Below, piece after piece: positions 50,287 through 63,857 of a stretch of DNA of 64,000 nt (positions are counted from its first letter, which is position 1; each line of letters starts with the position of its first letter). Location: contig OZ193909.1 of the NCBI GenBank assembly GCA_964276515.1, forward strand, positions 6,820,001 to 6,884,000, written 5' to 3'. A program made the translations under genes and the position numbers. The notes under the pieces are model-generated. The model was not told the origin of the DNA. It worked only from the letters and a program-made list of their open reading frames with translations, and made no database searches. This DNA comes from Gordius albopunctatus (lineage: Eukaryota).

Positions 50287-53200
50287 CATTTTAGAGGCAT
50301 ATTATTTTTGATAACCGTGCTAAAAACTAGAATTTTTAGATATAAATTGTTTGATATTTCCTTAGGACTAATTAAAACATTTTTGATCATATCATAATTT
50401 TATCGTAAATTTTTTATTTAACATATTCTAAATTAAAACAATCACACCATTAAATTTTTTCTATTATAACTTTATATGTTAAAAAATATTAATTTGAAAA
50501 AAATTGTTGTTATAATATTTATTTCTAATAAATAATAACAAAAACATATCAAAATTCATAAATTAAAAAATACTTTTCTAAGACAGCAGCTATTCTCATA
50601 TCTTGTAAACTATAGTAAAAAAATGAATGTTTACACAGAAATTCTATGACATTTTTGTTGAGCTATTGAAAATTCCAGATCTCTATAGCTAGTAACTTTA
50701 TCGTGAAATAAATTTTTATCATATCAACGCCTAAAATTAAAGAATGGCAAAATCTCTAAGACAACTTTAAACCTTAAGCAATTAACATTTTTTTTCTTAT
50801 AAAAAAGGGTAAAAAGATATTTATATAGGTAAACAATTAAAGTTTTCACACACAACTTTACCATCTTCTAAGTCACTTTTAAGTTTGCAATAGGACATTT
50901 GTGTATCTTTAAATTATTTATAATTTATGCATTAAAATTTTTTTTTAAATTTGATTTAAATAAAAAATTAAATTAATTAAAAGTATCTATATAAAACCTT
51001 AAAAACCAATATATACCATTTTAAATCAAATTTTAGGCAAAAAGCTTTAACAGCCAGCACACTTTTGATATCCCAAAACCATATGAGTTAATGAACGTAG
51101 TTTCTCATACTCAAGAGATTTATAGCTTATTCAAAAATATAGGATGTCAAGACATCGATCGAATGAAATGGCAATATTAAAAATTTTTGGGTAATGCTCC
51201 TACTTTAGGTGAAATCTCAAAATGACAATCGCCGGGCAAATGAAAAATCAAATGACTATTTAATATCACGTTCTACATTCTCTACACAGAATTAATACCT
51301 TTATCATTGATCATATTTGTCTAGATTTTTCTGCCGGACAACACGGTCTGCTATCTAAATTGCTTAGGGTCCACCCAAACCTTTGTATGAGTCCTGCTAG
51401 CCACACCCAAATCACTGAAGCTGCCCGAACCGCCAGGCTCAAAAAGATTATTTCAAATTTCAAGCACTAATTTTATCATATTTACAAATTCTTTAGAAGC
51501 TAAATTGTTTTCTGGTTAACTCCTTTAAAGAATTATACATATATGTTATTAATGGAACACTTTTAAATGTAATCAAATTGCTTATTAGATTTATATAAAT
51601 AATATTAAAATGTATTGAGTTTTTACTCACATGTTAAATGAAAAGATGCATTAAACAAAAATTAACCATAAAGTCTGATCACACACATACATGATATGGT
51701 TAAATGACAGGAAAGATGAAAATATGAGCAACACAAATTTATTTTAATGTTTTAACTTATAACAACAAAACTATTTTTCAAAATTAAAAAAAAACTTATA
51801 ATTTTTGGACTGAATCAATAATTATTCGATGCTTCAATTGCAAAACTATACTAAAATTATAATTAATAAGAGAGTTATTTATATATGGATAAAATGATAG
51901 TTAACAAATTTATAAAAATCATTTGATAGCATACTATTAAGTAAAAGATAAATAAAAAATAAGTGCATGTAAAACAAATTGTATTAATCTGAAACTTTAG
52001 GTTAATTTTGGTACACTTGGATTCAAATGTACCTTCCCTGCCAAACCAAAAACATAATATTATTTATTTTATTTCATAGGCAACATTGAAACTCTGAAAA
52101 AACACTATTTTGCCAAGATAAGAATGCATACAAATTTTGACAGCCAAACTTTACACATTTATTTTAAAATATCACTCCCACTTTAATATCTATCAAGATG
52201 ACTTGAGCCAAAAATTCATGAGCCCAACGAAAAAAGTGATTAAGTTTGTCCTAAGCAGCATGTTTTTTTAAATTTTGGCATTAATTCAAAGCACAGGTTC
52301 TTCTTAAATTTCAGGATATAGAGGTGTCTAACTTCAGGCATTCCTAAATTTAATTATCTAGCACTAAATGTGGATTTTTCTTAACGTTTGTTTTAAATTT
52401 GACCTTGGGTTCAAAGAGTTTAAATTTTAACATTAGATTGATGATAGTAATTTTGACAATTGCTAGCACAATATATCATTATGGTGTAAATAGAGACCTG
52501 CAAAATGAATTTTTTTCTGCCCGAGCCCGGCCCGACGTCTCTATTTTTATTTTGCCCGAGCCCGAACGACTTTTTTATTTTTGGCCCGACCCGATTTTCC
52601 AAATAGAAAATTTTTAAAAATCCATTTTAAAATTATTTTACACAAATAAATAATGCATTAAATTGTTATTAACCCATTCCCGCCCGCCGTACACGCTTGT
52701 CTACACCTCTTCGGAGCGTCATTTCGTATATTCTTTTTATGATAATTATGAAAATAATTGCTTATTTTAAAACTATATGATAGTAATGAACTGTAAAAAA
52801 AATAAAATTTGGCAATAAGGCTTAGATAAATGTAATTGGTTTATCATTGTAATATGGATTTGAAACACAATTAATTATGTAAGATATTATTATCGTTTTT
52901 TATTATAAATAAAAAAATATTTTAACTTTTTTGTTGTTATGTATATATAGACCCTACTATTACGTTATGTACTATTATTATGACAATATTTTTTAGCTAC
53001 GGTTTGCTGGGTTATATTTTATTGCACTGTACACAAGCGTGTACAATGGGCACCTGCCGTCAATAATTGTTTAGTTTGTATTGTTGTAAATTGCGGTCAT
53101 ACATACTTTGTCATAACAGTGACTCACGGATTTGCATATTTTCAACGGAAGTAAACAAAGCAGACAAAAAAATATTGTAGAATCAATGATCGATCACAAT

Positions 53201-54208
53201 CTTACAATGTTGTTTGAAAAATTCTTTGATATAGATGTTATGGACTTGATAGCAGAAAATAGTGTTTTGTACGCAGGACAAAATAATTGCCATAATTTTG
53301 AATTGAATCGTGAAGACTTGAAAAGTTTTTTTGGGAATATTTATGCTAACTGGATATCATGAATTGCCTACCGAACGTGCTTACTGGAGTTTGGATGAAG
53401 ATCTTGGAGTTTCATTGGTCGCAAATTGCATGTCGCGTAATAGGTTTTTGGACATAAAAAGAAACCTGCACTTCGTCGACAATTCTCTAGCTGCAGATTC
53501 GACTAATAAAATGTTCAAAGTGAAACCGTTATATAATCTCATTCAGAGAAATTCGTGCCAGTGGGGAGTTTTTCATATTTTGGCCGTCATTCAGCAAAAC
53601 AATTTATAATGGGAAAACCCGTGCGATTCGGCTATAAGAATCGGGCTGCAACAAGCTCTGATGGCTACTGCTACACATTCGATGTTTATTGCGGCAAGTC
53701 ATCTACTGATATTCCTGTTGATCCTATCGGCGCGAGAGTCGTAAAATCTCTGCTGGCAAAGATGCCGATTGTCCCAAGTGAGCATATAGTGTATGTCGAT
53801 AACCTTTTCACGAACTATCAGTTATTGCATGATTTGAGACTTTTGGGCTACAGGGCCACAGGCACAATCGGGAAAATAGAACGAAGAAATGTCCACTCAG
53901 CACTGTATAAATGATGAAAAAGAGACCCTGAGCAGAATATGATTACCGATTTGATTTGAAAAATGAAATATCAATTGTACGCTGGAAAGACAACAATGTA
54001 GTCACTATAGGAACCAACTATGACACTATAGAGCCTCAGGGAAAGTAAAAAGATGGTGCAAGCTTCAAAAGCAAAAGGTGGAATTTGATGTCCCAAGACT
54101 AATAATAAACTACAACAAAGGAATGGGTGGCGTCGATCAAATGGACCAGTATATTAGTATTTACACAGTGCCTATAAAAGGAAAAAAATGGTGGTGGGTA
54201 ATATTTAC

Positions 54209-55778
54209 TAGTGTTTCGATCTCGTCTCGGTCTCGAAAACAAAATCTCGTCTCGTCTTGGTCTAGAAAAATCTCGATCTCGTCTCGACTTTAAAAAAAAA
54301 TATATACTGAATAAAAATTTCTCCTGTTTTATTAAAAATATTAAAAAAGTGTTAAAAAATCCAAATGGAAAATTTTTCTATTTTTCAAGAAACTTTAATA
54401 CACAAAATTTTCAAAGATTTAGCGGCACGACATCTCATTGACAATATAAAGATATAAATTAATTCATAAATATAAAATTTTCTATGGGAAGTGCAGACTA
54501 AAAGACTATAAATAAATTTTAAGTATAGAAAATTAAATGTCAATGTTCTAGCAAATTATAACATTTGTATCAAATTCACTTTTTTGTCAACTATAGACTT
54601 AATAATACGTTCGCTTATAGTTTACTTAGTTGCATAATTGAACAAATTGAGATCCTTTGTTAACCCTGGGTAAAGCTTCTTAATTGACTAAGTCTATTGT
54701 TACCATCATAAATTATAAGTGTTTATTGCATGTTTACTATAGCGTTATAAACCATAAAGTGCGAGTGGCTTTTAATGATAATATTAATATTTACAGAATT
54801 TATAACTAGATGCACATATCAAAACGTTGTAAAAACAACAATAAAAATAGCATATTATAGAATTAAGAAGATAAGGTTTTAAACTGTAAATTGCCTTATT
54901 TAAATTTATCACAGAAATTATTATAAATCAAATTTATATTCCAAATAATTACCTTCCAATTCCAACTAACTTTGCCATTAAATAGTTATTTATCGAATAC
55001 AGTATAGGTTCGTGTATTTATTTTATATTTCACAATTATGGAAATATAATAAATTCAAATGCACCTGCCAACCCAGCGTATAATGTGAAAAGTAATGCAT
55101 ATGACACAACTATGTATTCACATAATGTCTTATTAAAATTCAAAAATTTGGGAGGTACACTATTAGTTGAAGCATAAAAACTTTAAAAAAATCCATGATT
55201 TAGATTTAATCTTTTATTTAATAAAAAATTTTATTACGTAAAAAAAAATCTATTACGGTATCATTAAATACTCTATTGTACTTTTGAAATCGTTAGGCGG
55301 GTGCTCAAAAATCTAGACCCACTTATTCAAACTGATTGACTACCAATTTATAATTACCGCATTATGCAGGATGAGTAACTGCAAAATATAAATATGCTTT
55401 AGCAATATTTACTATTCCATTAGAACTCATTCTAAGCCTAAAATTTCTTTAATATTTAATAGTGCTATGGATACAAATAGGTGATAAAGATATTATAAAA
55501 TTATTAATTTACCCTTTTTGCAAAAATATATGATATTTACTACACTTAGGAATTTTTTTAATATCAAATATATTTTATACATATTGATTTACACTTAATA
55601 CCCTAAATGTAAATCATGCAAATTAAAATACACAATAATTTATTAAAATCTAACGATCAATAAAAAGTCGAGATATCGCCGAAACAATCTCGTCTCGTCT
55701 CGACATCAAAATTCTCGTCTCGATCTCGACTCCATTCTTCAAATTACCGAGATTTTTCTCGGTTTTTCCGCATCACTA
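54209..55778. mobile_element. 1.57-kb non-autonomous hAT-type element inserted in the piggyBac transposase
   Basis: Perfect 8-bp TSD ATATTTAC (54201-54208, 55779-55786). Termini TAGTGTTTCG / CGCATCACTA. (TCTCG)n subterminal repeats at both ends. Removal restores the piggyBac reading frame. Confidence 0.9.
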
Positions 55779-55981
55779 ATATTTACCTACATCCTAGATA
55801 TGGCCATATCTACCGCTTGGAGACTGCATGTTTTACTCAGCAAGACTGGACAGGTGACATACATGGATCAATTATTATTCAGACGGACGATTGCTCGAGG
55901 ATACATACAACGGGAAAAACTAAAAGTCGTCCACCGTCATCAACAATACTTGGACTGGAGCGGTAAAATAACGGTCACAAC

Positions 55982-58900
55982 CAGAGGTCAGATTTGTTGG
56001 GAATTTTCTGCCCGAACCCGGCCCGATTCAATTTTTTAACTTCGTTGCCCGCCCGGGCCCGCCCGAACCCATCTAAGTGTCCGCCCGGGCCCGCCCGAAT
56101 CGTTAAAGCTGCCCGAATTGCCCGGCCCGAAATATTAAATTTGCCCTTTAGTCCCGAATTTATGAGGTCCCAAACAGAGGTCGGATTTGTTAAAAATTTT
56201 CTGCCCGAACCCGGCCCGGTCCAAATTTTTAACTAAATTCCCCGCCTGAACCCTTCTAAGTGTCCGCTCAGCCATGCCCAAACTATTAGAGCTGCCCGGC
56301 CTTATAAAATTTGCCCGTTAGACTAGAAATTATCCAATCCCAAAATCTTTTAACCACTATTACAAAATAAGCATTAAATTAATGGCATATTGATTAAAAC
56401 AAAGATGACAATATTTTATTATTTATAATTATTATGTAAAAATAACAAATCGTCGACAATTTCCGGGGATAATCTTGTGCGTCTTTCCTCTATTAATCTT
56501 CCTGCGATAGAGAAACTTCTTTCACTAGCAGCACTCGTCGCCGGGATGGCAAAGAGTATTTTTGTTAATCTTGCTAATTTAGGATACCTAAAATAGTTAT
56601 AATTTTTAATAACTTTAATGTGACTTGTTTTCTTTATTTTTCCACCATGTTAAAAGGGAAAAATTTTCATCCACGTCCTTGTCTAAAACATCATTCAAGT
56701 ATGAATCGATCTCATCTAATGCCGTATCATCTTCATCATCAGCCCATTCCGAAAATGTCGCCTTTCTTTTTTTACCTGCTTAAATAAAGTATAGGGCATC
56801 ATAAATTAATCTTACCATGAGAGATTGGATCTTTAGGAATGGTTACACTTACAACATCCATTTCTTCATAATCTTTAATTGTTTTGCGCACAAAGCTAAT
56901 AACTTCGTCCCTTTCATTTTGTCCCAGCATTTTTAATTTTCGAAATCGGGGGTTTAGCATTGTTGCTGCTTTATGATATAATGTGAGCGCAAAAACCTCG
57001 TTAATTTCATCTTTTAATCTTGTTTTGAGAGTGGAAATTTCGTCGTGGTCTTTTGGATCGTTTTTTAAAGAATCAATTATTTTAATTTTCCACAAAAATA
57101 TATAAGGAAAAGTTGTATCCGAATCAGCCTGAAGCTGAGTGCTAGCTTCTTCAAATGGCATTAAAAGCTTAATAATTTCGTTGAGCAAGCTTAAATCAAT
57201 ATTCATTAACTTATGAGTTTCACACTTTTGCGTCAATATTGTGCCAATATTGTCGTATTGACGTTGTATTGATTTAAGCATGGCCAATTTTGTATTCCAC
57301 CTAACATCAACGTCTTGATGCAAGGTGTACTTAAGATCTTTGTTGAGACCACTTTGTTTAAAATATTTTACTAGTATTTTTGAATCATTTAAAATATTGG
57401 AAATTTCTGGGGCAAAATCTTTTAAACAACTTTCTTTAAAGGAATGTCTTAATATTGTATTGATTAAATGTGCTGTACAGTTGTAACGGTTATACTGTTC
57501 CAGGGCCTTTTTAATATTTGCGCCTTTGTCTGTGACAAAATTAATTGATTGAAAACTTTCCTTTTTAAAGCCAAATGACATGAATTTTTTTATTAATTCA
57601 GTTTTAATATTTTCTCCGCTTTTTTTATCGGGATTAAACTTTGTCGTGAAAAGAAGGTTATTTGATAATACCCAATCTTCATTTATATAATGCAAGGTAA
57701 ATGATATATAATTATTTTTAATATGATCGTCTACCCACATATCTGTGGTGGCAGACACGAGGCCGTTGTCCAAATAAGGAATTAACTTTTCCGCGACATC
57801 CTTTCTTAATTTGTCGGACAAATTATTTACATTTTTTGATATTGTAGTAGGATGAGGCATTATATTATTAATATCTATGTGACCTTTGGAAGCCCCAATA
57901 TCAATTAATAATTGACAAAAAGCCTCGAAGCCTTGGCCTGCAATAGCCTCAAATGGCCTAATATCTTTTGCGCAAAATAATACTGCACTTTTTGTTAGCT
58001 TTTGTTTAATCTCACTAATAGCATTTAAAGCGAGATTTTTATTGATGTATTGTGTTATTTTTGGATTTGAGGGAATGCATGAATGCCTATTTAAATGCGA
58101 AGTTCCATCGCTGGATTTATATTTTAAAATTTTACAACAATTTTTGCATATTATAAAGCCCGAATATGCGCCAGCGCCATTAACTATCGTTTTAAACTTC
58201 TGCCAAACAGCACTTTTTAGTTCAACATCTTTTGTTGTAAAAACACCATCATCAATACACTTCTTCACATCTACTGGATTCAATGAGGCACACTGACTAC
58301 TTTCTGACGAACAAGTTGACATGCTGCAAATGAGAAAATATATAAAATAGTTCATTTATTCAGCAAAATATAACTCAAAAGTAAATTTATCCAGGAACTA
58401 AGAGATTTTCAGAATACAGTAACAGAGTTTAAATTTAGAATAGGGAAGACCGGGGACTAAATAGCCATTAAAAATTGTGGGAAGGGGTGAAAATGCTTAT
58501 AGGGGGGTATTAAATGCAAAATGATTAGCTAATTATTTATACAAATTTTCTATGCCTACAAGAAAATTTAAAATTAAAAATTTAAAATTGGGAGGTTGAT
58601 GCTAACTAATAATAATGACTCGTCTTACCGTAGATTATTTATGATGTATATGACATTAAGTTATGAAAATATTTGAAGTGGTTTTAAGAATGTTTCATAA
58701 ATAAACAACAAAAATAAGAATGCAATATTTTGGACAATTTGCGTCAAACTTAAATTACTTATAACATATGAGAGAGTTAAAAGTATAGGGAAATTCAGCA
58801 AGCAAATAATACAAGATATAATTACTTTTAAATAAGTCTAGTATAAAAAAATAAATATCGATATTTGAATTAATTTAGCTAATGATCATATAATCAAAGT

Positions 58901-59417
58901 AACTGTTAACAAATAAATCATAAATCTACTCATCTCATAAATTGCATAGCAATTAATATAACTTACTTTGCCATAGAATGATAATTTAGTTGTTAAAAAA
59001 TTTAAATAATTAGAATGTAACACTTATATTCGCGCGCATTGTTAGAAAATGGCATGAGCCCTTGTTTTAAGTCTAGACGGCGACGGCACACATGTGTGTG
59101 TAAGTGTATTGCGAACATGAAATGGCTACATAAATATAAATAATCCAATCCTTTTCTGAAACTATAAACGTACGATAAGGATTTAAGCGATGGAAAAAAA
59201 TCTAGTCAAAAAATTGTTTATAAGCGAATTTTTCTTTTTTCGAGGAAAATCCATTTGAAAAAATTTTTGGCATGCCCGAATTGCCCGAATCTTATCAGCG
59301 TGCCCGCCCGGGCCCGCCCGAAAATTAAAACTTAAGACAGTTGCCCGGCCCGGCCCGGCCCATGGGCCGGGCCGGGCGGGCCGGGCAGCGGGCCGGGCCG
59401 GGCATTTCTGGTCTCTG
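55982..59417 (-). mobile_element. Full-length Hermes/hobo-like (Ac subfamily) hAT transposon
   Basis: Perfect 8-bp TSD GTCACAAC (55974-55981, 59418-59425), matching the GTnnnnAC preference of Hermes/hobo. Imperfect TIRs CAGAGGTCAGATTTG / CATTTCTGGTCTCTG. GCCCG-rich subterminal arrays. Internal transposase gene. Confidence 0.95.
56419..58974 (-). CDS. hAT transposase (BED finger, DDE core, C-terminal dimerisation motif), ~611 aa, 4 exons
   Basis: Exons 58974-58967, 58323-56816, 56775-56625 and 56587-56419; GT-AG introns of 643, 40 and 37 nt; 1836 nt with no internal stop. Motifs SAVWQKF..CKNC..TSHLNRH, ATTDMW, VTDKGAN, CTAH, VRWNT, WWK..YPKL, PATSAASERSFS. The 8-nt first exon is tentative; an in-frame ATG at 58322 is an alternative start. 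Confidence 0.88.
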
Positions 59418-59893
59418 GTCACAACCCCGAGCACATCGAAAAACCATTGCGTTGCGTCATTTGCCACAATCGAGGTCGCTGGCGTTGCGAGAAAACGTTG
59501 TGTGTAGAGGGAACTTGCTTTGGACAATATCACTCCTAATCCGATCATTGTACACAGCCGTGTGCACCCCCTTATTTTCATTGTTTCATGTTTTTGTTTA
59601 ATTTTTTTCCCCTATATTTTTCTGTGCTCAATATCTCACAATAAATACCATTAAAAATAATTTTCACATGTAGTTTTCTTTTGGGCATTAAAGGGTTAAT
59701 CGTAATTTACAACTAGAATAAGTTTAAAATAAAATTTTCATTTTCACTCGCTACAATTTATTCAGCTAATAATTTAAAACTGGGGATCTAACTTTATAAA
59801 ATATTTTTTATGACAGTTCCAAATAAAAAACTTTTTAAAAAAATCCTTATTTAATTTCTAAAGTAATATCTACGGCCCGTGCAGGGCTCTAGG

Positions 59894-62800
59894 TGTAGGG
59901 AAACAAATTACACTTACCTTGGAAAGATTTGGTTATAATACGTACAAGGTGAAAATAGAAAGAATTGAATGTTATCGTTATCTATCGCTATATAAACTCA
60001 CTCTTTTATAAGTTTTGGATCATTGTTCTTTTATCGTGTAATAAATTATATTCCTCCTCTCTCACTAAAAATGGTGACCCCGACGTTTTTTCCCCTCAAC
60101 AATCTCAGAGATTAATTAGTTATCGCTCGCAAACATTTTTTTTAAATATTATTCATTAAAATGGAAAATAAACAAGAGATTGAAGCAACTATACAGCTGA
60201 AGATACCCACATTTTATCGCAGAAATGTCAGAATTTGGTTGGCCCAGGCAGAGGCCGTATTCCAGGCAAGAAGAATTACCTCCGAAAAATCAAAATTTGG
60301 TTACATTCTAGAAACGCTACCACCCGAAATTGCTGAAGAGGTGGAGGATTTAATCATTAATATTCCAACTGATCAACCATTTCAGAAACTCAAACAAGCA
60401 CTTATCAAGAGGGTCGGCGAATCAGATGAATCAAGACTGATGGAATTTCTAAAGGCAGTGGATTTAGGGGATAGATCCCCATCGCAGCTTTTACGATACA
60501 TGAAGAGTTTAGTGGGAACATACGTTCTTGACCAAAAGATTCTAAAGGAACTCTGGCTCAACAAATTGCCTTGTGAACTCATACTGCACTGGAGAAATTG
60601 GCTGAAACAGCCGACCGCATCGTGCTGTCAAAAAAAACAACTAATTATGTTAATAACATTCATAACCCAAAAAAACACTCCACTGATGCATACCCTAAAG
60701 AACTAACAGAAGTTTTATCTGCTCTAAATAGGACATTATAAAAGATAGGTCAACCCCAGACCCCTTTTCACCCATCTGGGATTTCAAACAACAGACCATG
60801 GTGCCGGTATCATGACACCTGGGGATCAAACGCTAGGAAGTGTGTCCAACCATGTTATTTTGGAAAGGGGTTAAAAAGGCAGGCCTACCAGTAAAGGCGA
60901 TAGCTGGATCCGGCCATATCAACCATAATCGCCTTTTCTATGTTTTTGACAAAATATTAGGTTTACGTTATCTGATTGACACGGGAGCCCAAATTAGCGT
61001 AATTCCACCGACAACAAAAACGAAAGTAACATTAAATAAATTTAATAATTGATGTTAAAAATAAACGCATAATTAATCCACAAAATTATTCTCTAAAATT
61101 ATCGAATATAACCAATTCCTCAATGTCATCTATAAACAGTCCAATTCCACAGGATAATGATTTTTACTCTATATTAAAACAATTTCCGGATATTACAAAG
61201 CCACCAGATTTTAATGACAAAGTGAAAAATAATACCCAACACCATATAATAACGAAAGGACCAGCAATACATTGTTCTCCCCGACGTTTAAACCCCGAAA
61301 AATTTAAAATAGCAAAAAAAGAATTTGAAGAGATGAGTAGATTAGGCATAATAAAACCCTCACATAGTAAATGGTCATCCCCCTTACATATGGTACCAAA
61401 AGAGACCCCAGGGACATGGCGTCCATGTGGAGATTTTAGAATGCTTAATTACGCAACAAAACCTGATAGATACCCCATTCCACATCTACATGATTTAGCT
61501 TTAAATCTAACAGGCAAATGCATTTTTTCAAAGTTGGATTTAGTAAAAGCTTACCATCAAATTCCGATGGCACCAGAGGACATCCCTAAGACCGCAATCA
61601 CAACACCTTTTGGACTGTCTAAATTTGTAAGAATGCCGTTCGGAGTGCGGAACGCAGCGCAAACATTTCAGCGCCTCATAGATGACATTTTTAATGGTTT
61701 GGATTTTGTGTATGCTTACATCGATGATATACTTATCGCCAGTTCCACAGAAAATGAACACAAATTACACCTCTCAACAGTTTTTAAACGATTACAAACA
61801 TACGGTATTCGCATAAATCTATCAAAATGTTCTTTGGGGGTAAAATCATTAAACTTTCTCGGTCATCATGTCGATCAAAATGGCATACGCCCATTGTCAA
61901 ACAAAATTGATGCAATTAGGGATTTTCCAATTCCTCAAACAATGAAGAGTTTGAAACATTTTTTAGGTATGGTGAATTTTTATAGACGTTTTATACCAAA
62001 TTGTGCTTCAATTTCGAAACCACTTACCGACTTATTAAACAATGATGAGAAAGATATTAAAATAACGGAGGTAGAAATGAATTCATTTAATCTCTTAAAA
62101 CAAATTATAATTAAAGCAACCAATTTAGGATTTTTGAAATCAAACAGTTGGTTAACATTAACCACAGATGCTTCGAACATAGCAGTTGGGGGAGTTTTGC
62201 ATCAGGTAAGCAATCACAAACAAGAACCATTAGCCTTTTTTTCTCAAAAATTATCAGCAGCTCAAGCACGCTATAGTACATTTAGTCGAGAATTACTAGC
62301 TATTTTTTTTGGCGATTAAACATTTCAAACACATACTAGAGGGACGCAATTTTACTATATTTACGGATCATAAACCTTTAATTTATTCTTTCCAGGCAAA
62401 AATTGATCGTTATTCACCCAGAGAAATCCGACATTTAGATTTTAGATTATGTCTCTCAATTCAGCACTGACATTCGCTTTATAAAGGGTAATAGTAATAT
62501 TACAGCGGACACACTATCTCGATCAGACATAACTTCTTTAACTTTACCTATTTGTCCGAATGAGATTCAAATAGTCTTGAACCAAATGAATGATACTGAG
62601 TTATTGCTCAACACTAAATCTTTACGTCTCGTAAAATTAAAAAGCCCTGGTTGTCAAGACATTCTTTGCGACATATCGACAGGTTCACCTCGACCACTTA
62701 TACCAACAAAATAAGAAAGTATTTCTTCGATCTCTTTGACTCTCTTTCACATCCCGGGATTCGAGCAACTCAAAGACTAATTACTCGCAGCTTTGTGTGG

Positions 62801-63857
62801 CCCTCGATGAATAAAGATATTCGGAATTGGACAAAAGAATGCATAAAATGTCAAAAGTCTAAAGTGAACAAACACACAATTACCTCACCTGGCACTTTTG
62901 ACGACACCGACGAAAGGTTCAGATACCAATCAACGATATATCAGCCGAAAATTTAGCAAGAATATTTATTCAACATTGGATTGCCAATCATCCACATTAG
63001 GATTTGACCATATCAAAACTACAGCCTATCACCCGTGTCCTAATGGTTTAGTTGAGCGCTTTCATAGGCAATTAAAAGCTTCCATCATGACACAAGAAGA
63101 TACGACAAAATGGAGTGAAACACTACCATTAATTCTTCTCAGCATTAGGTCGACAATCAAAGAAGATATCGGATACACCCCTTCGGAAATGGTTTATGGG
63201 ACGACGTTAAGGTTACCAGGGGAATATTTTCAAAAATCGTTCATAGACTCATCAAAACCAGGTTATGTAATTAGACTTAAAGAAATAATGCAAAATCTAA
63301 AATTTTGCCCTACCAGAAGACATGATAAGAAGGAATATATCCCTAACAATTTAAAAACATCAGATTATGTTTTTGTGCGCAATGACACGGTCAGAAAATC
63401 TTTACAACCCCCATATGATGGAGCCTTTAAAGTACTAAAAAGGAGAAAGAAATTTTTCATAGTGGAAAAGGGTAATAAAGAGGAAACCATATCACTTGAC
63501 AGGCTTAAACCAGCATGGATCGAAACAAAAGAAGATTATAGTAACACTTTACCTGTTCAACAACAAATTTCTAGACATGGAAGAACTATAACTATTCCAC
63601 AAAATTTTTCTTATAAATTATAATGTGAATATATATTTTTTTAAGAGGGGGAGTATCTGTAGGGAAACAAATTACACTTACCTTGGAAAGATTTGGTTAT
63701 AATACATAGAAGGTGAAAATAGAAAGAATACAAACACAGAATCAACTTTCATTTGAATGTTATCGTTATCTATCGCTATATAAACTCACTCTTTTATAAG
63801 TTTTGGATCATTGTTCTTTTATCGTGTAATAAATTATATTCCTCCTCTCTCACTAAA
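59894..63857 (+). mobile_element. Ty3/gypsy LTR retrotransposon, CsRn1 clade, degenerate
   Basis: LTRs 59894-60068 and 63658-63857 are near identical apart from a ~25-bp indel. PBS TGGTGACCCCGACG at 60072 is complementary to tRNA-Trp. PPT at 63643-63653. Gag from 60161 carries the CHCC motif CRYHDTWGSNARKCVQPC (Cx2Hx9Cx3C). Protease LIDTGAQIS; RT/RNase H at 61123-62319 (YIDD, TDAS); integrase fragments with HPG..CIKC and GPF/Y-like PPYDGAF. Frameshifts and deletions throughout. Confidence 0.95.

Larger units (their letters stand above)
52673..59695 (+). mobile_element. Degenerate piggyBac (PGBD-type) transposon interrupted by two hAT insertions
   Basis: TTAA at 52669-52672 and 59696-59699. 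Imperfect TIRs CCCATTCCCGCCC / GGGCATTAAAGGG. Transposase fragments MSRNRF, KPVRFGYK, VYVDNLFT, YNKGMGGVDQMDQ. KKWWWVIFT joins YILDMAISTAW after removing 54209-55778. Cys-rich C-terminus RCVICHNRGRWRCEKTLCVEGTCFGQYH stops at 59539. Confidence 0.92.
52491..59891. mobile_element. Non-autonomous hAT-type element forming the outer shell of a transposon nest
   Basis: Termini TAGAGACCTGCA (52491) and TGCAGGGCTCTA (59880-59891), with GCCCG subterminal repeats. Left flank GGTGTAAA; the right flank reads GG + [gypsy] + TGTAAA. Confidence 0.75.

Noticed and set aside
54211..54441. ORF with SRLG/SRSR repeats; also the PARP-rich ORFs at 55994-56236 and 59183-59601
   Set aside because: Translations of transposon subterminal repeats (TCTCG, GCCCG), not genes.
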